A model generated the notes under the pieces. The model ran no database searches. It was not told the origin of the DNA and was given only the letters and a program-made list of their open reading frames with translations. A program made the position numbers and the translations under genes. A stretch of DNA of 64,000 nucleotides from Eledone cirrhosa (taxonomy: Eukaryota): positions 227,416,001 through 227,480,000 of the forward strand of contig OZ024743.1 in assembly GCA_964016885.1 (NCBI GenBank), read 5' to 3'. Shown one piece after another: positions 12,901 through 29,820 of this stretch (position 1 is the stretch's first letter; every line of letters starts with the position of its first letter).

Positions 12901-14014
12901 GCTTTTCCTCGAGTAACCTACAAAGATTTTACTTCTCCCATTGGAGGATTTTCCTCGTTTTAGCCTTATTATCCTCTTTTTGTTCATCAATTTTTACACA
13001 CATTCAACAAACACACAAACAGTGTCCTGAATGTTATCGTATTTGCCAATCTTTCGTGGTCCATAAATAATCCATTGTTATTATTATTTCACACAAATAT
13101 ATTGGAACGTTTGTCTTTAAGTTCCGAGGACAACATGCTTCTTTTCAGCTGAAGGACTAATTTTGGATTAATGATACTTTGTTGTTACTCCTTTCTATTT
13201 TACTAATAGCTGTCCTTACAGGACCAATAAAAATGGAGGTTACTTTTCCTGAGGCATTTCACAATCATCTTATCTCCCTTGAAAGATTCTTGTACTTTTC
13301 CATCTCATCGTACTCTCAGAGTAAGTTACGTCAACCGTTATACAAGTAATTTGAACCTGCCATTCTCAACAACGCTCACCGTTTGTGTTGTTATCATTTG
13401 CCACTCTCTTCAAACCATCTTTGTTGCAAGAGCTCCCTATGCAGAGCCCTAACTACACAAAGGTGGTGACGCTTGTAGCTTTTCTGTACCAAGCAACTAC
13501 AATCCCTTACAATGTTTATTACAGATTTGCTTTTCTCATTGCAAATTCTGCATTTGGCAACCTTTCTAGTGTTGACTATTTTCGCTTTGCTAATATTAGT
13601 GTAAGTAAAAATAAATATGTTGTAGCTGTATTTCAAAGGGCCAGCATTGACACGTCGAATCTGGCTGTGAATTGCGTTAAGGTTACTGGTATCTGTAGCA
13701 TGCTCAGCAACCTGCGTGTTAAGTCCATGAGCAGGCTATACCACTGATCAAATTAACTGGAAAACTCGACGTTGGAACGAACAGACGTCTTGCACACACG
13801 CACATGTATGTACAAACGTTAAGTAGTATTTGAGATAGCGGAAGAGCATAAGTGTAATTACGCATATTTTACTTTCATGTGCATTCATAGACCTGGTGAT
13901 GTGCCTATGTGAGTATATGTGTGTACGGGTGTGTGTCACTGTACATGTTTATATATATGCATGTACGCATTAATGTATTCATGTAAGCAAGCATGCAGAT
14001 ATTTATGCGTGTTA

Positions 14015-14108
<94 letters not shown>

Positions 14109-14849
14109 TATGTGTGTGTGTTTATGTATGTTTGCATGTGTCATTGCATGTGTCTAAGCAAGCATGAGTGTATAAATGCTCTTGTATTTTTTATACATAA
14201 GTAATTCTTTTTTCAAATGACAAAAATAAAGGAAACGAAAAACCGAAAAATGAAACGTGGCAAATGACATCCTCAACACACATGGATATCTTTACATAAT
14301 TGTGTATGTGCGTGTTTGCTGTGTGGAATCATATACATACCTACCTAAATGTGCATATGTGTCTGTGCACGCGCGTATGTATATGATGATATAAGCAGCA
14401 TCGATTACCAGCTCTTATATAAGATATTTTACTGTTTTGCGACGACGACTAAACGAAGGAAAAAAAAATTTCAAGAATATGAATGAGGGAGCTGTTATCG
14501 TTTTGATCTGCCGATGAAATAAATGCAAAAAGAATAATAAACTCCACCCACACGACAAAAACACCCCAAATTCCTCCACAAAAAAAAAAAAAAAAAAAAA
14601 AAAATCTCAGTAAAGCTTTCCCTATAAATGTAACACCAATGATGGCATTTTCTCCTACGCATTCTAACCCCCCTCCCCCCTGCTGTAAATAATAGGGAGG
14701 TGGTGTAAGTTCCAAGGAAGAGGAGGCTGAAAACCCTGGGTTTTCATGACATTTTATGCCTGCAACATCACCGCCTTCCTCCAGCTGCTGTTCCTTCTAT
14801 TTGTTTTTATTATTATTTTTATAAAAACTTCAGAAAGAGAAAAGAAAGA

Positions 14850-15335
14850 AACTTATATTATTATTATTATTATTGCCATCGTCGCTATCATCATTATCCT
14901 CGTCGTCATCAACAACTTCATCATCATTATCATCATCAACGTCATCTCCATTTCCTCATAGTCATTAACTCAATCATTATCATCATCATCACCATTAATA
15001 TCATCGTCATTGTCATTGTCATCGTCATCGCCATGCTTGTGATTATCATCACTCTCATCGACGCTGTCGCCGCCACCGCCGCCGTCGCTATCTTCGTCAT
15101 TGTCGGTGTCGTTGAGACATAGGAAGAGATGAAGAGATATTTCAAATTATTCGGTCACCAATGCTTTCAGGGTAAGTAAGGAGTAAAAGAGTGTAAGCAT
15201 CTTAAACATTGCAAATAAGAGCACCGCCACCCCCTTCACACACATACACGTGTGTGTCTTTGAGTTTGGTGCGTATATATATATAAATATATATATATAT
15301 ATGTACACACACACACACGCATACATATATATGTG

Positions 15336-15366
<31 letters not shown>

Positions 15367-16660
15367 TGCGTTTTTCTCTGTTGTTATGCTGGCGTGTATT
15401 AAATACATATAGGCAATTGTCTATTTTATTTTTCTCTTTTGTTTTCTTTCATTTTCAGAACAGATGGGGTGTGTGTGTGGGTGGTTTATTTGTCATCATA
15501 TCTGTTTATGCTGCTCTTGTTGTTGCTGGTGTTGTAGTTATTGCTCTCTCTATCAGTGTGCCAATACAACGACCACCACTAACACCACTTCCACCGCTAC
15601 AAATATCTACCGCTGCCTTCACGACAACAAATATTACCATCTCCACCACTAACACTTACAATCTCCAAGACCAACTCTGTCACCATCATCATCACCAATA
15701 CCAGTAACAACAATAACACTACAACCCTCTACACCACTACTACACCACTATCACTAAAATAACCACTATCATTTTTATTATTACCGCATCAACCTGCGTT
15801 AATTCAGTTATTACCATACCATTACCCTCAACTCCTGTACCATCACACCACCTGCAACGTTTTTACCACCTCTCAATGCTATACCCACCACTATGAGTCT
15901 CACTACGGCCACCAAGACCACCACTACTTATAACCCCAACAACACCACTATCACCACTTTAATGAACAATCTCTCCTACCTCTACTATCATTACTACTAC
16001 CACTATCAGCACAACCACTGCCATCGATACACCACCAGCAATATAACTGCTGCTGCAACCTTTACCACCACTACAACTACCATAATGACCCTCAAAACCA
16101 ACATCAATACCACCACAAACAACACCATCACCACCATCACGACCTCAACAACCACCACCACCACTAAAGCTACCTGAAATATTTCTTCCTAAGGGAACTT
16201 TGCAATCCCATCCCGCTTTACCCAGCATTCATTCCATTAGCACTCCACAACCACCGAGCTACCTGACAAGACACAATCCCCGCTGCCATCTCACATCTCC
16301 ACCTTCCACCCTTATTTCGTCACTCATCCCTCACCTCCATATTCAACCACATGCCGTATATCAACCCTCCACCCTTTTGCATCTTATATCTCCACCCTCC
16401 ACCATAGTACCTCTCATATTTTCAGTCTACACCACTACCATCTCTTCATCCCCTCCCTCAATGGCCGTACCGTTTCATATATCTACCTTCCAGCCCCACC
16501 TCATGCTGCTGTTTGTCATCACCACCCTCTGCACCATGTCATCTCTCATCTCCAGCCTCCAGCACTTATGCAGTCTCTCATCTCTACCCTCCATGCTGCT
16601 ACCTTTCTCTACCCTCCTCCCCCTTGTCTCTTCTGTATCCTCCACATAAAACAAAGCCAC
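14850..16660. repeat. degenerate trinucleotide low-complexity region ((ATC)n,(ACC)n,(ACT)n-like)
   Basis: direct inspection; gives Thr/Ile/Pro-rich pseudo-ORFs. Confidence 0.75.
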
Positions 16661-17127
16661 AACAAAAACAATAAACAATATGGTTTATTAGAGACTGTTC
16701 GATTATGTCCAATCAATAGTATATCGTATTTAGCAGCCCGCACCACAGTTTATTTCATTGTTATTGGAGAAAATGAAGGATGTTTAGGTAGAACTGAGGC
16801 GTGATTCTATTATTTTATTTGTCGGTGGTAGGAGTGGTGTGTAATTCAGAAAATTACTAAAATAGACATGTTGTCCCTAATTACAGATAGAGTAAATAAC
16901 TTCATATTCTGCATTCAAATCCAATCGGAGTCATCATTGCCTTGCATAAAGAAAGGAGTTGTTCAGAATCAGTGAATTGGCGGAATTTTTAAGGATCTGG
17001 AAGGGAAAATTTGTGGTATCTGATTCGGCTCTGAGTGTTGTAAATTAAAATCCCAATCAGAGGTCAACTTGACCGTCTAGGCATTCAAGGTCGATAAATA
17101 AAACACCAATTAACAGCTTGGGTGAAG

Positions 17128-17406
17128 TCTTCTTCTTCTTCTTCTTCTTCTTCTTCTTCTTCTTCTTCTTCTTCTTCTTCTTCTTCTTCTTCTTCTTCTT
17201 CTTCTTCTTCTTCTTCTTCTTCTTCTCCTCCTCCTCCTCCTCCTCCTCCTCCTCCTCTTCCTCCTCCTCCTCCTCCTCCTCATCCTCCTCCTCCTCCTCA
17301 TCCTCCTCATCCTCCTCCTCCTTCTTCTTCTTCTTCTTCTTCTTCTTCTTCTTCTTCTTCTTCTTCTTCTTCTTCTTCTTCTTCTTCTTCTTCTTCTTCT
17401 TCTTCT

Positions 17407-17432
<26 letters not shown>
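17128..17432. repeat. (TTC)n-(TCC)n-(TTC)n-(TC)n polypyrimidine/polypurine tract
   Basis: direct inspection, ~305 bp. Confidence 0.95.
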
Positions 17433-17437
<5 letters not shown>

Positions 17438-17684
17438 CTGTGTAGAAGAAATTGACTTTTGACTTGGATAAGAACTGTAGGGGTTGGTCATAGCAGTACA
17501 CGGCAGGTGTCGTAGCGGTAACCCACAACTCCATGTTTTTTCAACATAAACCCTCCTCCTCCTTCAGTCGATATTTAAAAAAAATACATTGAATTCATTC
17601 GTTATTTCAGAAAATGTATTATAAGGCCTAGTGGTTAGGAAGAAAGGCTTACATTCGAAAGATCGTAGATTCTAATTCTAGTGA

Positions 17685-18715
17685 ATGGTTGGGTCCACTT
17701 ATTTTCATTATTTTCATAAATGACATCATCAAACACAAAACTTTCGCAGATAATTCCTAGCGCCAGAAGGTAATCATTTCACTGGCAGACCAGACATGCC
17801 TTTAATTAGATCTGCCCGTGGTTACCCAATCGGCGACAAAAAGCAATATGTTACTAAACGAGGTTCAATTTGTATTAATTCGCTTTGGAAAAGAGGATGC
17901 ATTGAAGTTACCATATTCTCATCCCTCGGGTGAAACCCTCGTGGCATCAAACAAGACGAGAGATCTTGGTGTAATTGTTGACAACCACTTGAATTACAGT
18001 ACTCACTCAAACACCAAAGGTGACTTGGTCCACAGGATGTGTTCCTGAATTCTCAGAAGTTTCTGGTTTAGAGATATCATACCATCCGCCTACTCTACTC
18101 TACCTTTGTCCGGCCTCATCTTGAATACTTTTTCCATTGTGGTCTCCTCACACGAAACAAAGCATAATGAAAGTTGAGGCACTCCAGAGGTCAATTACAA
18201 AAGCGATAAACTGTATGACACGTTTTGACTATTAGAGTCGACAAGAAGATCTCAAACTGTACTCTCCCTAAGGCTACCCTGGGGGCTATATCATCTCTAT
18301 AATGTAGAAATTATTCCATTAATATTGCCCAAACGATGTTGGCATTACCTTTAATATCCCACTAAGGCTTGTCTCGCGCTCTTTTACCACTACAAAAATC
18401 AAATTCGCATCTCATAACAAATCTACAACACAACTACTTCACCTCAACTGGCCTCGCTCTTTTTAATATTTTACAAAAATACAAGATAGAAACAGATCCT
18501 ATGATACTTAAAGGTTTCTGAGACAAATTCTTCCAAGAATTCCCGAAAAAAAAACATTATCCTCGGATATGTCCCTGAAAACAATGACCCTTTCCTTAAG
18601 AGGGTTATTGTGTACAAATATTACTAGGTTGTGAACCCGTAATCTGAAAGATTTCACCGAGTGGTGTCATTAGGATAGACATAGCATGGGCCAACATTGG
18701 CCAAAATATATCAAA
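17685..18715 (+). mobile_element. CR1/L2-group LINE, 3' part (RT C-terminus), pseudogenised
   Basis: LGPLIFIIFINDI, TFADNS, TRDLGVIVDNHL, FVRPHLEY..WSPH, EALQRSITK, LKLYS; many stops. Confidence 0.85.
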
Positions 18716-18724
18716 GTTATATAT

Positions 18725-21085
18725 ATATATAAGATCAAAAGATGGTTAAAAGAGTTCCATGTATTTTATTATGCGCGTTTCAAAAACAAATATCATCATG
18801 CGAAGACATTTGCGTTTTCGTCAGATAAAATAGGGAGACATGATATGAAGGTTAAAAATCACTTGTGAATAGTGCAGTTCTAAATCAACATATGAAAAGT
18901 AGTTTTAGATTGATGTGTGATATTGGGAAAAAAATTTGAGGGGAGGTTGGAAAGGATGAAAAAGAAGAGGAGATGAGAGTAAAGAATGGAGGGGGAGGAG
19001 TATAATAAGGAAGGATGAGATAGGATGAGAGATGGGTGATAGAGTGAGAGAGATAGCTTTTATAACTGAGAAAAATATATTGTTTTACATAGAGAGGTTA
19101 AAAAACCGTTGGAAGATAATATATAAATTAAAAGAATTGGAAAATTAACGAAGAGAAAAATTTTAGAATAATGTTAAATTAAGGTTTGTATATTGAAGGG
19201 TTTAATAATAATTTAAGGGTTTAATAATATGTGCGATGGAAAGAAATTGTTGATATGTATTATTAAAAAAATATAAAAATATGATAATAGTAATGTAATT
19301 AAGGATATATTGTGAAAAGAAGTAGAAGAGTGGATGAATAAGTGTAATATGTATCAGTTAGATGAGCATGAAAGGGAGAAAAAATAATGAATTGAGGATG
19401 AATAATCTAACGTCAAAAAAATGTTTATGTTTACGAAGGATTTTTCAAGGTGATATTATAAAGTATGTAAAAGGGTAAGGATATATTGTGGTGAGTAGTA
19501 ATGAGAATTGAGAAGTATCTAGGAAGAAAAGGTACAGATTAGAGGTTAGAAATTAAAAGAAAAAAAGAAAAAAAGGAAAAAAAAAAAGAAAGAAAGAGAA
19601 GTGATAAATAGGAGTGATATAGAATGAGTAACTAGTATTATATAATATATAATAAATAACATTGAAATAAGGTAGAAAGATCGGTATATTTTTAAAGAAA
19701 TATATATGTATATATATATGTGCCTTTGAGAAAAGGATTTTTTAAATTGGTAAAGTATTAGATATTAGCTGTATACTTTATGGAATGTTCTGTGGAATTT
19801 ATGCAAGCAGAGAGAAAACAAGTCAGTGCGTCTATTTATTATATAATCTAAATTAGATATAATGGTAAATTTCTCACATAAACAGAGATTACATGTCTTG
19901 GATAGAGAACCATTCAAGTATGTAGAAGCAGAACAAACCTTCCTCCAAGATATGTTATAGTTAATATTTTTGTCTTTCAAGGACCATATGAGTTCTGAGA
20001 GTGCCGTGTTGGTTAATTTAAGTTGGTATTTAAAAGACGAATGATGATTATAAAGACGAGCTTTAAAGGAGGTGGAAGTGGAGCCAAAATAGGTAAAGGA
20101 ATTGGTGTCAGTTATAACTTTACATTCGTAGATTAAGTTTTTTCCAAGACAATGGTTGTTGAGAGGACATTTATTTTTAACAGGGCAATTACAATTGCGA
20201 TTAGAGAGATTAACAGAGTTATTAACAAGTGACCTAGTGTTATCTATAGAAGGAATTGGATTGGAGAAGTTATTTACGATATGAATAATAGTTTCTTGAT
20301 TTAGAATGGGATTAAGAACATTTAATGAAGTTGCGTTTGACGTTGTATTTGGGTTTGCAGAAATTTCCTAGAGTTAACAATGACGTCGGGAGTACTATTA
20401 CTATTATTATGATATTCAGTGTTGGAAGGAAGAGATTTAGTATTTAGTATTTTATTGTTGTGTTTAGAGATAATGTTGGAGATGTTGGAGGAGGTCGAAT
20501 AGGAAAATTGTATAGTGTGTTTGTTAAATATTTTACTATAGATATGTGAGGGAGGGAAGCATTTATTTAAGGCACTAAAGAATAATTTAGGAATACTATT
20601 ATTAATAGAGATGGAGAAAGGAGCATTATACCAGATTATGTTTTTGTATCTAGGTCTTTTATTAAAGTTATTGGAATGATCATGATTAATTATTCTACTG
20701 TAAGATCTTCTAGAATTTGTTTCTTTACTATATTTGATTTCATCAGGATAACCGGCTTTAGAAAGCGCGTTATTATAGTAATTGGCGTTAGCATCAAAGA
20801 TATTTTTATTAGATGATAGGTTGGATATTCTTTTTCCAATATTATAACATTCTTAATATTAGTGGGGTGGTTAGATTTAAAATTAACATAATTTAGGTTC
20901 TCATTGTTTTTATGGGCCAGTGTCAAGATTAAGAGATACATCCAAGAAATTAGCTAGTTTGATGTTGTTATCAAATTCAATTTTTAAGTTATGTTGGTTA
21001 AAGAGATTACGAGATACATCCAAGAAATTAGCTAGTTTGATGTTGTCATCAAATTCAATTTTTAAGTTATGTTGGTTAAAGAGAT
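18725..21085 (-). mobile_element. Penelope-like element (Naiad-type), inverted 5'-truncated arm
   Basis: reverse complement of 21521-23796; RT thumb ANFLDVSLNL..SNHP, CNC...CPL..HCL linker, GIY-YIG and CNLCLCEK tail. Confidence 0.9.
18762..18832 (-). ncRNA. type I hammerhead ribozyme (family A)
   Basis: TATTTTAT-CTGACGA-stem II-GAAA-CGCGCA-TA-ATAAAATA. Confidence 0.8.
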
Positions 21086-24045
<2,960 letters not shown>

Positions 24046-24122
24046 AGGAGTTGTGGTTCGGAACGGATTGAACTCTGCTGTCGGGGTCATTTTTCTCCTA
24101 TATATATATATGTGTGTGTGTG

Positions 24123-24171
<49 letters not shown>

Positions 24172-24505
24172 ATAAATCTTTTTTGTTGGGATATGTAATA
24201 GTGTATATCTATACGCACGGCACTTCCATGTTGTGTATTAGTATGTGACAATATTTCTATAGTTATTAACAACATATGGGTGGATAATATATTCATAGGA
24301 ATTTTATTTAGTGCTGTTTTAACATTAAGTGGGCATATTTTCATATATACACACATACACAGGCATATATATATTTGAAGTTGATAAACACATACACTTT
24401 GTGTACACAGCTTTAATTTTGTACGAGAAATTTAATACCATTAAAGAAAACATGAAATATATATTTCCATGTATATTTCTAAACTAAAATCTTCATATAT
24501 TCAGT

Positions 24506-24549
<44 letters not shown>

Positions 24550-24606
24550 TATTAGGGAGAGAGAGAGAGAGAGGTAGAGATAGAGTGAGATGTATCTATC
24601 TATCTA

Positions 24607-24637
<31 letters not shown>

Positions 24638-24639
24638 CT

Positions 24640-24945
24640 TATGTCAGTTCGCTCTTCAGCGCTACTAGTAAAACGTAACCCAGTACAACCTGTGCATGGT
24701 GGGGTCATCGGCGACTAAACTGGCAAACCCACCAAGCCTGATTGGTGAGGAGGGTGATTTTTGGACATTCTGCAGGATGAAAAACAAAACCCATCAAAGG
24801 GCAGAAGCGCTCGGAGTGTCAACGGTCATCCAATAAAGTGTTGTTTTTTTTCTTTTGTGGAGTGAGAGACTCCAAGTATTCAATAAAACATCTCTCTAAA
24901 AGAAGATCACTATGATATAAAAACTGCGACTTGGTTTGCAATCAA
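24640..24945 (+). mobile_element. probable 5' UTR fragment of an RTE-like LINE
   Basis: GC-richer island next to a microsatellite whose layout resembles RTE 5' ends; no ORF support. Confidence 0.35.
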
Positions 24946-24949
24946 TGAT

Positions 24950-25262
24950 GTAGACCAGCATTTTTTTTTTATTATTTTTGTGGGGGTAAAGTCGAGTAAA
25001 TCGATTCCAGTGTATTAGTGGTACTTTATTTTATTGACTCCGCAAGGGTGAAAGGCAAAGTTAACCTCGGCTAGATTTGAACTCTTAACTTAAAGGGCCG
25101 TAACTCGAAGCATGTTCTCCGACGTTCGACCAATACTGCCAATCCATAGTAATAATAATATTAGTAATAATCGTTTCTACTTTTGACACAAGGCCAGCAA
25201 TTATCCAGTACTTTACTGCTACTTTATTTTATCCACCCCCTAATGAAGAAAGGTAAAGTTAA
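24950..25262 (-). mobile_element. SINE family 1, one copy plus a partial copy
   Basis: reverse complement of the A-box (ACTGCCAATCCA), B-box (GATTTGAACTC) and body. Confidence 0.75.
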
Positions 25263-25286
25263 TCCATAATAATAATAATAATAATA

Positions 25287-25660
25287 TTTCTTTATAAACT
25301 ACTTGGTCTGTAACAGAAAGGACAATACAATATCAGGGACACTGTGGAGTTACAGTAATCTTATAAAAAAAAGATAACAGATAACATTTAACAAATTAAT
25401 AACATTGAAATTCCCAATAGCGATGAGTACAATACACGGGTAAATATGAACCCCACATATTCTAAACCACCGCAAACTTCAAGAGCACAAACGGAAGGTG
25501 CCCTTCTTCTCTTCTCACCAATTACTCCATCCTATAAATGCAGGATCAGAGTAGCTACATTCACTCGGGCCAGTCTCGCTACATTCACTCTCCTTTTAAC
25601 ACATGTACTTGGGGCAGTTCTTCCCTCTTCACACTTACCTTTCTTTCCAAGTTGAACTTG
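25287..25660 (-). mobile_element. Tx1-like LINE 3' fragment ending in (ATT)n
   Basis: APSTCVKRRVNVARLARVNVATLILHL resembles APSPFAKGWVNVARMARVNGPTLTMRL (55582 ORF); 3' UTR similar to 56000-56088. Confidence 0.8.
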
Positions 25661-26225
25661 TAAAAGTTGATGAGAGCTTGGCCAAAGAGGAAAGGGTGTG
25701 TCTGGAATATCTAGGTAAAACTCATTAAAAAACCGAGTGACTTGCGTCTCATACAGACGGACAGATCTTGCCGTATCTCGGATATTGTTATAGGCTTTTC
25801 GCAGCACTTCACATCAGTCACCGAGTGTCGCGGCAGTCTGTCGTGGTAGAAATTGTAAGCCGCTACTGTCTTCGATCCCATGGTCACCTCGAATAGTCGA
25901 GAAAATTGCTACCAATAAGATTTGTTGTTACTGATTTCTAAAATGTCGCTGTTCCGTTCTGTATATAGCTGGCTCTTCTTTTCAGCAGACGAACACTCTT
26001 TGTCCAGCATCTCTATTTTTTTTGCTAAACTAACCTTAGATTAGACCCTAAGGGTTAGGGATGGAGAAAAACTAACCAGCTTCCTAAGCTCCTTGTTAGT
26101 TATCTATAAAACTGTAAGAATTGTTCAATATATAGTTTGTGAAACAATAGAAATAGTAACATACTTACAAGAGCGATGTGAAACACGTGTCGGTAAGCGA
26201 GCAAACATAATAATAATAAAAATAA

Positions 26226-26410
26226 TAATTGTTTCTACTTTTGGCACAAGGCCACCAATTACCCAGTATATTACTGGTACTTTATTTTATCGACCCCGTA
26301 AGGATGAAAGGCAAAGTTAACGTCGGAGGGATTTGAACTCAGAATGGCAAGGGCCGTAACTCAATGCGTCAAAGCATGGCGTCCGACCCTCTACCGATAC
26401 TGCCAATCTA
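26226..26410 (-). mobile_element. SINE family 1
   Basis: close reverse-complement match to 51841-52030. Confidence 0.85.
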
Positions 26411-26814
26411 TCGACCTTAAAATAATAATAATGTTCGGCTATCATATGACATATAAAAATTAAAAAATTAATCAACTCATGTGGAATATGGCGAAAACAC
26501 CATACCAGAGTCACTTTACCAAGTCAGTGCCCTCAAAAACATATACACTCAAACAAATGTACTACCCCTCCTACTTTCGCCACAAACACTTCCACTTAAA
26601 AAAATAAAACCATTTTAATCTAAAAAGCAAATATGAAAAGATATGTGTTTCCATGTGACACACTTTTAATGTAATCCTAGAAGAGCAGTTGAATATGTTG
26701 ACCCGCATTCTGAACGACTGATGGAGAAGGAGCGGTGTTTATTAAATCATATGTTCTAAATTAAATATTGCGATTTTATCATATAAAATATTTAGCAAAT
26801 ATCAGAAACTGGAA

Positions 26815-27040
26815 AAAGGCCAATAATTTCGTGGGAGGTGGAAAAGCTGATTATATCGACTCCAGCACATAACTCGTATTTTATTTTATTGATTGTAGAT
26901 GAAAGACAGAGTTGATCTCAGAATGTGGAGGGTCGTAACGAAATACTGAAAAACAATTTCGTCCGACACGTTAACGATTTTGCTAATTCACCGACTCCAA
27001 TAATAGAGATTTCTAATTTAGGCACAAGGTCAACGATTTG
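26815..27040 (-). mobile_element. SINE family 1, diverged
   Basis: body motifs recognisable in reverse complement. Confidence 0.55.
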
Positions 27041-27078
27041 TGTGGAGGAGCATATATATATATATATATATACTCCTC

Positions 27079-27128
<50 letters not shown>

Positions 27129-27970
27129 ACAAAGAAATACACAGACACATGCGGATACATACATATACATGCATATACCCACATATATCCCTGAATTTGT
27201 GTGGTGCCAACCTTAACCGTTGCTCTATGAATGATAGGGACAAAATAATCTGAATGGATTAGATTGATTTAATATCAGAGCTATAAAATACATTATAAAG
27301 AAAGAAGAAACATTAGATATAAATAAAAAGATATAATATACCTAAATTTCTTCATTATCCTCGACTACGTAGTTTCATGGCTATTATGCAAAAACATTAC
27401 ATCATAGAGATGCAATATTTTTATGAGGTTTGCCGACTTATCAAGAGGACACCTCATTTAGAGTTTCAAAACACGTCCGGCGGAGAGGGAACTTATCACG
27501 TGATACAGCGGACAAGAAACAGAGTTAAGCCTCTTAAGGTTGGCACCACACAAATTCAGATATATATGTGGGTATATGCATGTATATGTATGTATTCGCA
27601 TGTGTCTGTGTATTTCTTTGTATTGTTTATAACTCCCTACGGTAGAGTAACCACTAAAGTATAGTGACAGCTGTTAAGCTTACACTACTCACACTTCTCG
27701 CCCTCCTAGCCAACTCTTCTACGGCCTTGACATAAATACCCCCTCCGCCTTTTGTGGTATTTTTCTCTTGGTTGTAAGAGGCTTAGCTCTGTTTCTTGAC
27801 CGCTGTATCACGTGATAAGTTCCCTCTCCGCCTTTCGTGATTCTATCTCGCGTCCTACGGACGTGTTTTGAAATTCTAAATATCCCGTTATATATAACCT
27901 TATATTTTTCAGAAGATCCCGTTAAGGGGGAAACACCGATTCTTTGCTTAAACTTTAATCTATTATTTTA

Positions 27971-28109
<139 letters not shown>

Positions 28110-28128
28110 GTATATATATATATATTCA

Positions 28129-28166
<38 letters not shown>

Positions 28167-28327
28167 TGAATTCATTCGCCAAAACTAAGGGTTGCCCCCC
28201 TTGTCGAGCCCCACGTGGGTTTTGATAACGGTCAGTCCTTCGCTTGGCACTTGAACTAAAAGCCTGTTGAGAAAGTGACTTCCTTATTCGATCATCTTAC
28301 CAAAAGCTAACATTATTTGTCTAAGCA

Positions 28328-28428
28328 GAGGTTGACTTTGCCTTCCATCCTTACGGGGTCGATAAAATAAAGTACCAGTAATGCACTGGGTAATTGCTGG
28401 CCTTGTGCCTAAAGTAGAAACAATTATT
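28328..28428 (+). mobile_element. SINE family 1, 3' half
   Basis: GAGGTTGACTTTGCCTTCCATCC...AGAAACAATT; flanked by direct repeat ATTATTTGTCTAAGCAGA. Confidence 0.8.
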
Positions 28429-28657
28429 TGTCTAAGCAGACAGTATTTGATGTAGGAGTTGCAGAAACCCAAATGCTGGATTTTACCAACCTTCCAGGGG
28501 TCCGGGTATAATTTTCAATCATATTTTATTTGTTTGGCCTTTTAACTTATGTTGTAACTCTAGTTCACTAGCTTCTATGGAGCGCTTGCCACACATCTCG
28601 GAAGTTGTTTTTCGCTAATTTCCAATAGCGGAAATACGATTCTCGCTTATTTATATT

Positions 28658-28701
<44 letters not shown>

Positions 28702-29602
28702 CACAGGAGATTCCTCATACGAACTAGCGATGGCATGTAAATATTAGTTACTAGTTCAGAAAATATAAGGTTTTCTGATGTTCTGTTATACTAATTGGTT
28801 CTTAAGGATATGTTTCATAATACTGGGCCTCGCAGATGAGAAGAATGATAAACACAAACGAATGAGAATCAAATCCACACTAATTGATCAAATAGATATT
28901 AAAACGCGGATGACTTTGTTCATTACATCTTTTATACTTTCATGATGACGTTGATATCAACATTGATGGTAATGTCGATGGAGGAGAGTATAAGGAATGT
29001 AATAGAACTGCACTAAAGATGATGGTGATGATGATGATTATGAGGATTAGGCTTATGCGAGCGGTGACAGGTACGATTATGTCAGTTTGCTCCTCCAACG
29101 TACACAGTTGACATAAATACACAGACATATATATATATGTCTAAATTTATATACTGAATCCTCTCATTTTTATAATTAATTATCGGAATAATCACGTTTT
29201 CAACTTGCTATGGCTTCAAATTTACTATTCCTTTTATTTTCTCTTTTTCTACGATTGTCATATTTTGTATATCTTATACATTTTTTTTTACACACGTGAT
29301 AGATAACCTTATATTTGCATGTTCTAAGTTAAGAAACATTTGTTATACATATGTCTTGTGAGAAATTACAAATAATTATTTCTATTTTTGGCACAAGGCC
29401 AGCAATTTTCCAGTACATTACTAGTATTTTATTTTAACGACTCTGTAAGGATGAAAGGCAAAGAAATTACAAATAATGATAATACTGAGTATACGTGAAT
29501 ATACACGCGCATATACACATTCATATGTACACGCATATACACATACACACATATATACATCCACCCATCCATATATATATATATATAGATAAATATATAT
29601 AC

Positions 29603-29667
<65 letters not shown>

Positions 29668-29748
29668 CAACCCCTGAGTCAAAAACAAAAAAACACCTTT
29701 TTTATCATTCTCGTTTTTTTTTCTTTCTGTGTTTCTTCCTAACTATTA

Positions 29749-29820
29749 TGCAATTATACACCTGATGATGTCACCGGGTTAATACGTAACCTGGCCACTG
29801 AAATGTGCATAGTGTTTGCA
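29749..29820 (+). ncRNA. type I hammerhead ribozyme motif
   Basis: TGCAA..ACAC-CTGATGA-[CCGGGTTA atacg TAACCTGG]-GAAA-TGTGCA-TA-GTGT-TTGCA. Confidence 0.7.

Noticed and set aside
15165-15460. Possible intron (GTAAGT donor at ~15172, TTTTCAG acceptor at ~15457)
   Set aside because: Flanks are low-complexity with no coding signal; needs RNA-seq
17057-17534. Poly-K/E/R/S ORFs
   Set aside because: Translations of the (TTC)/(TCC) tract
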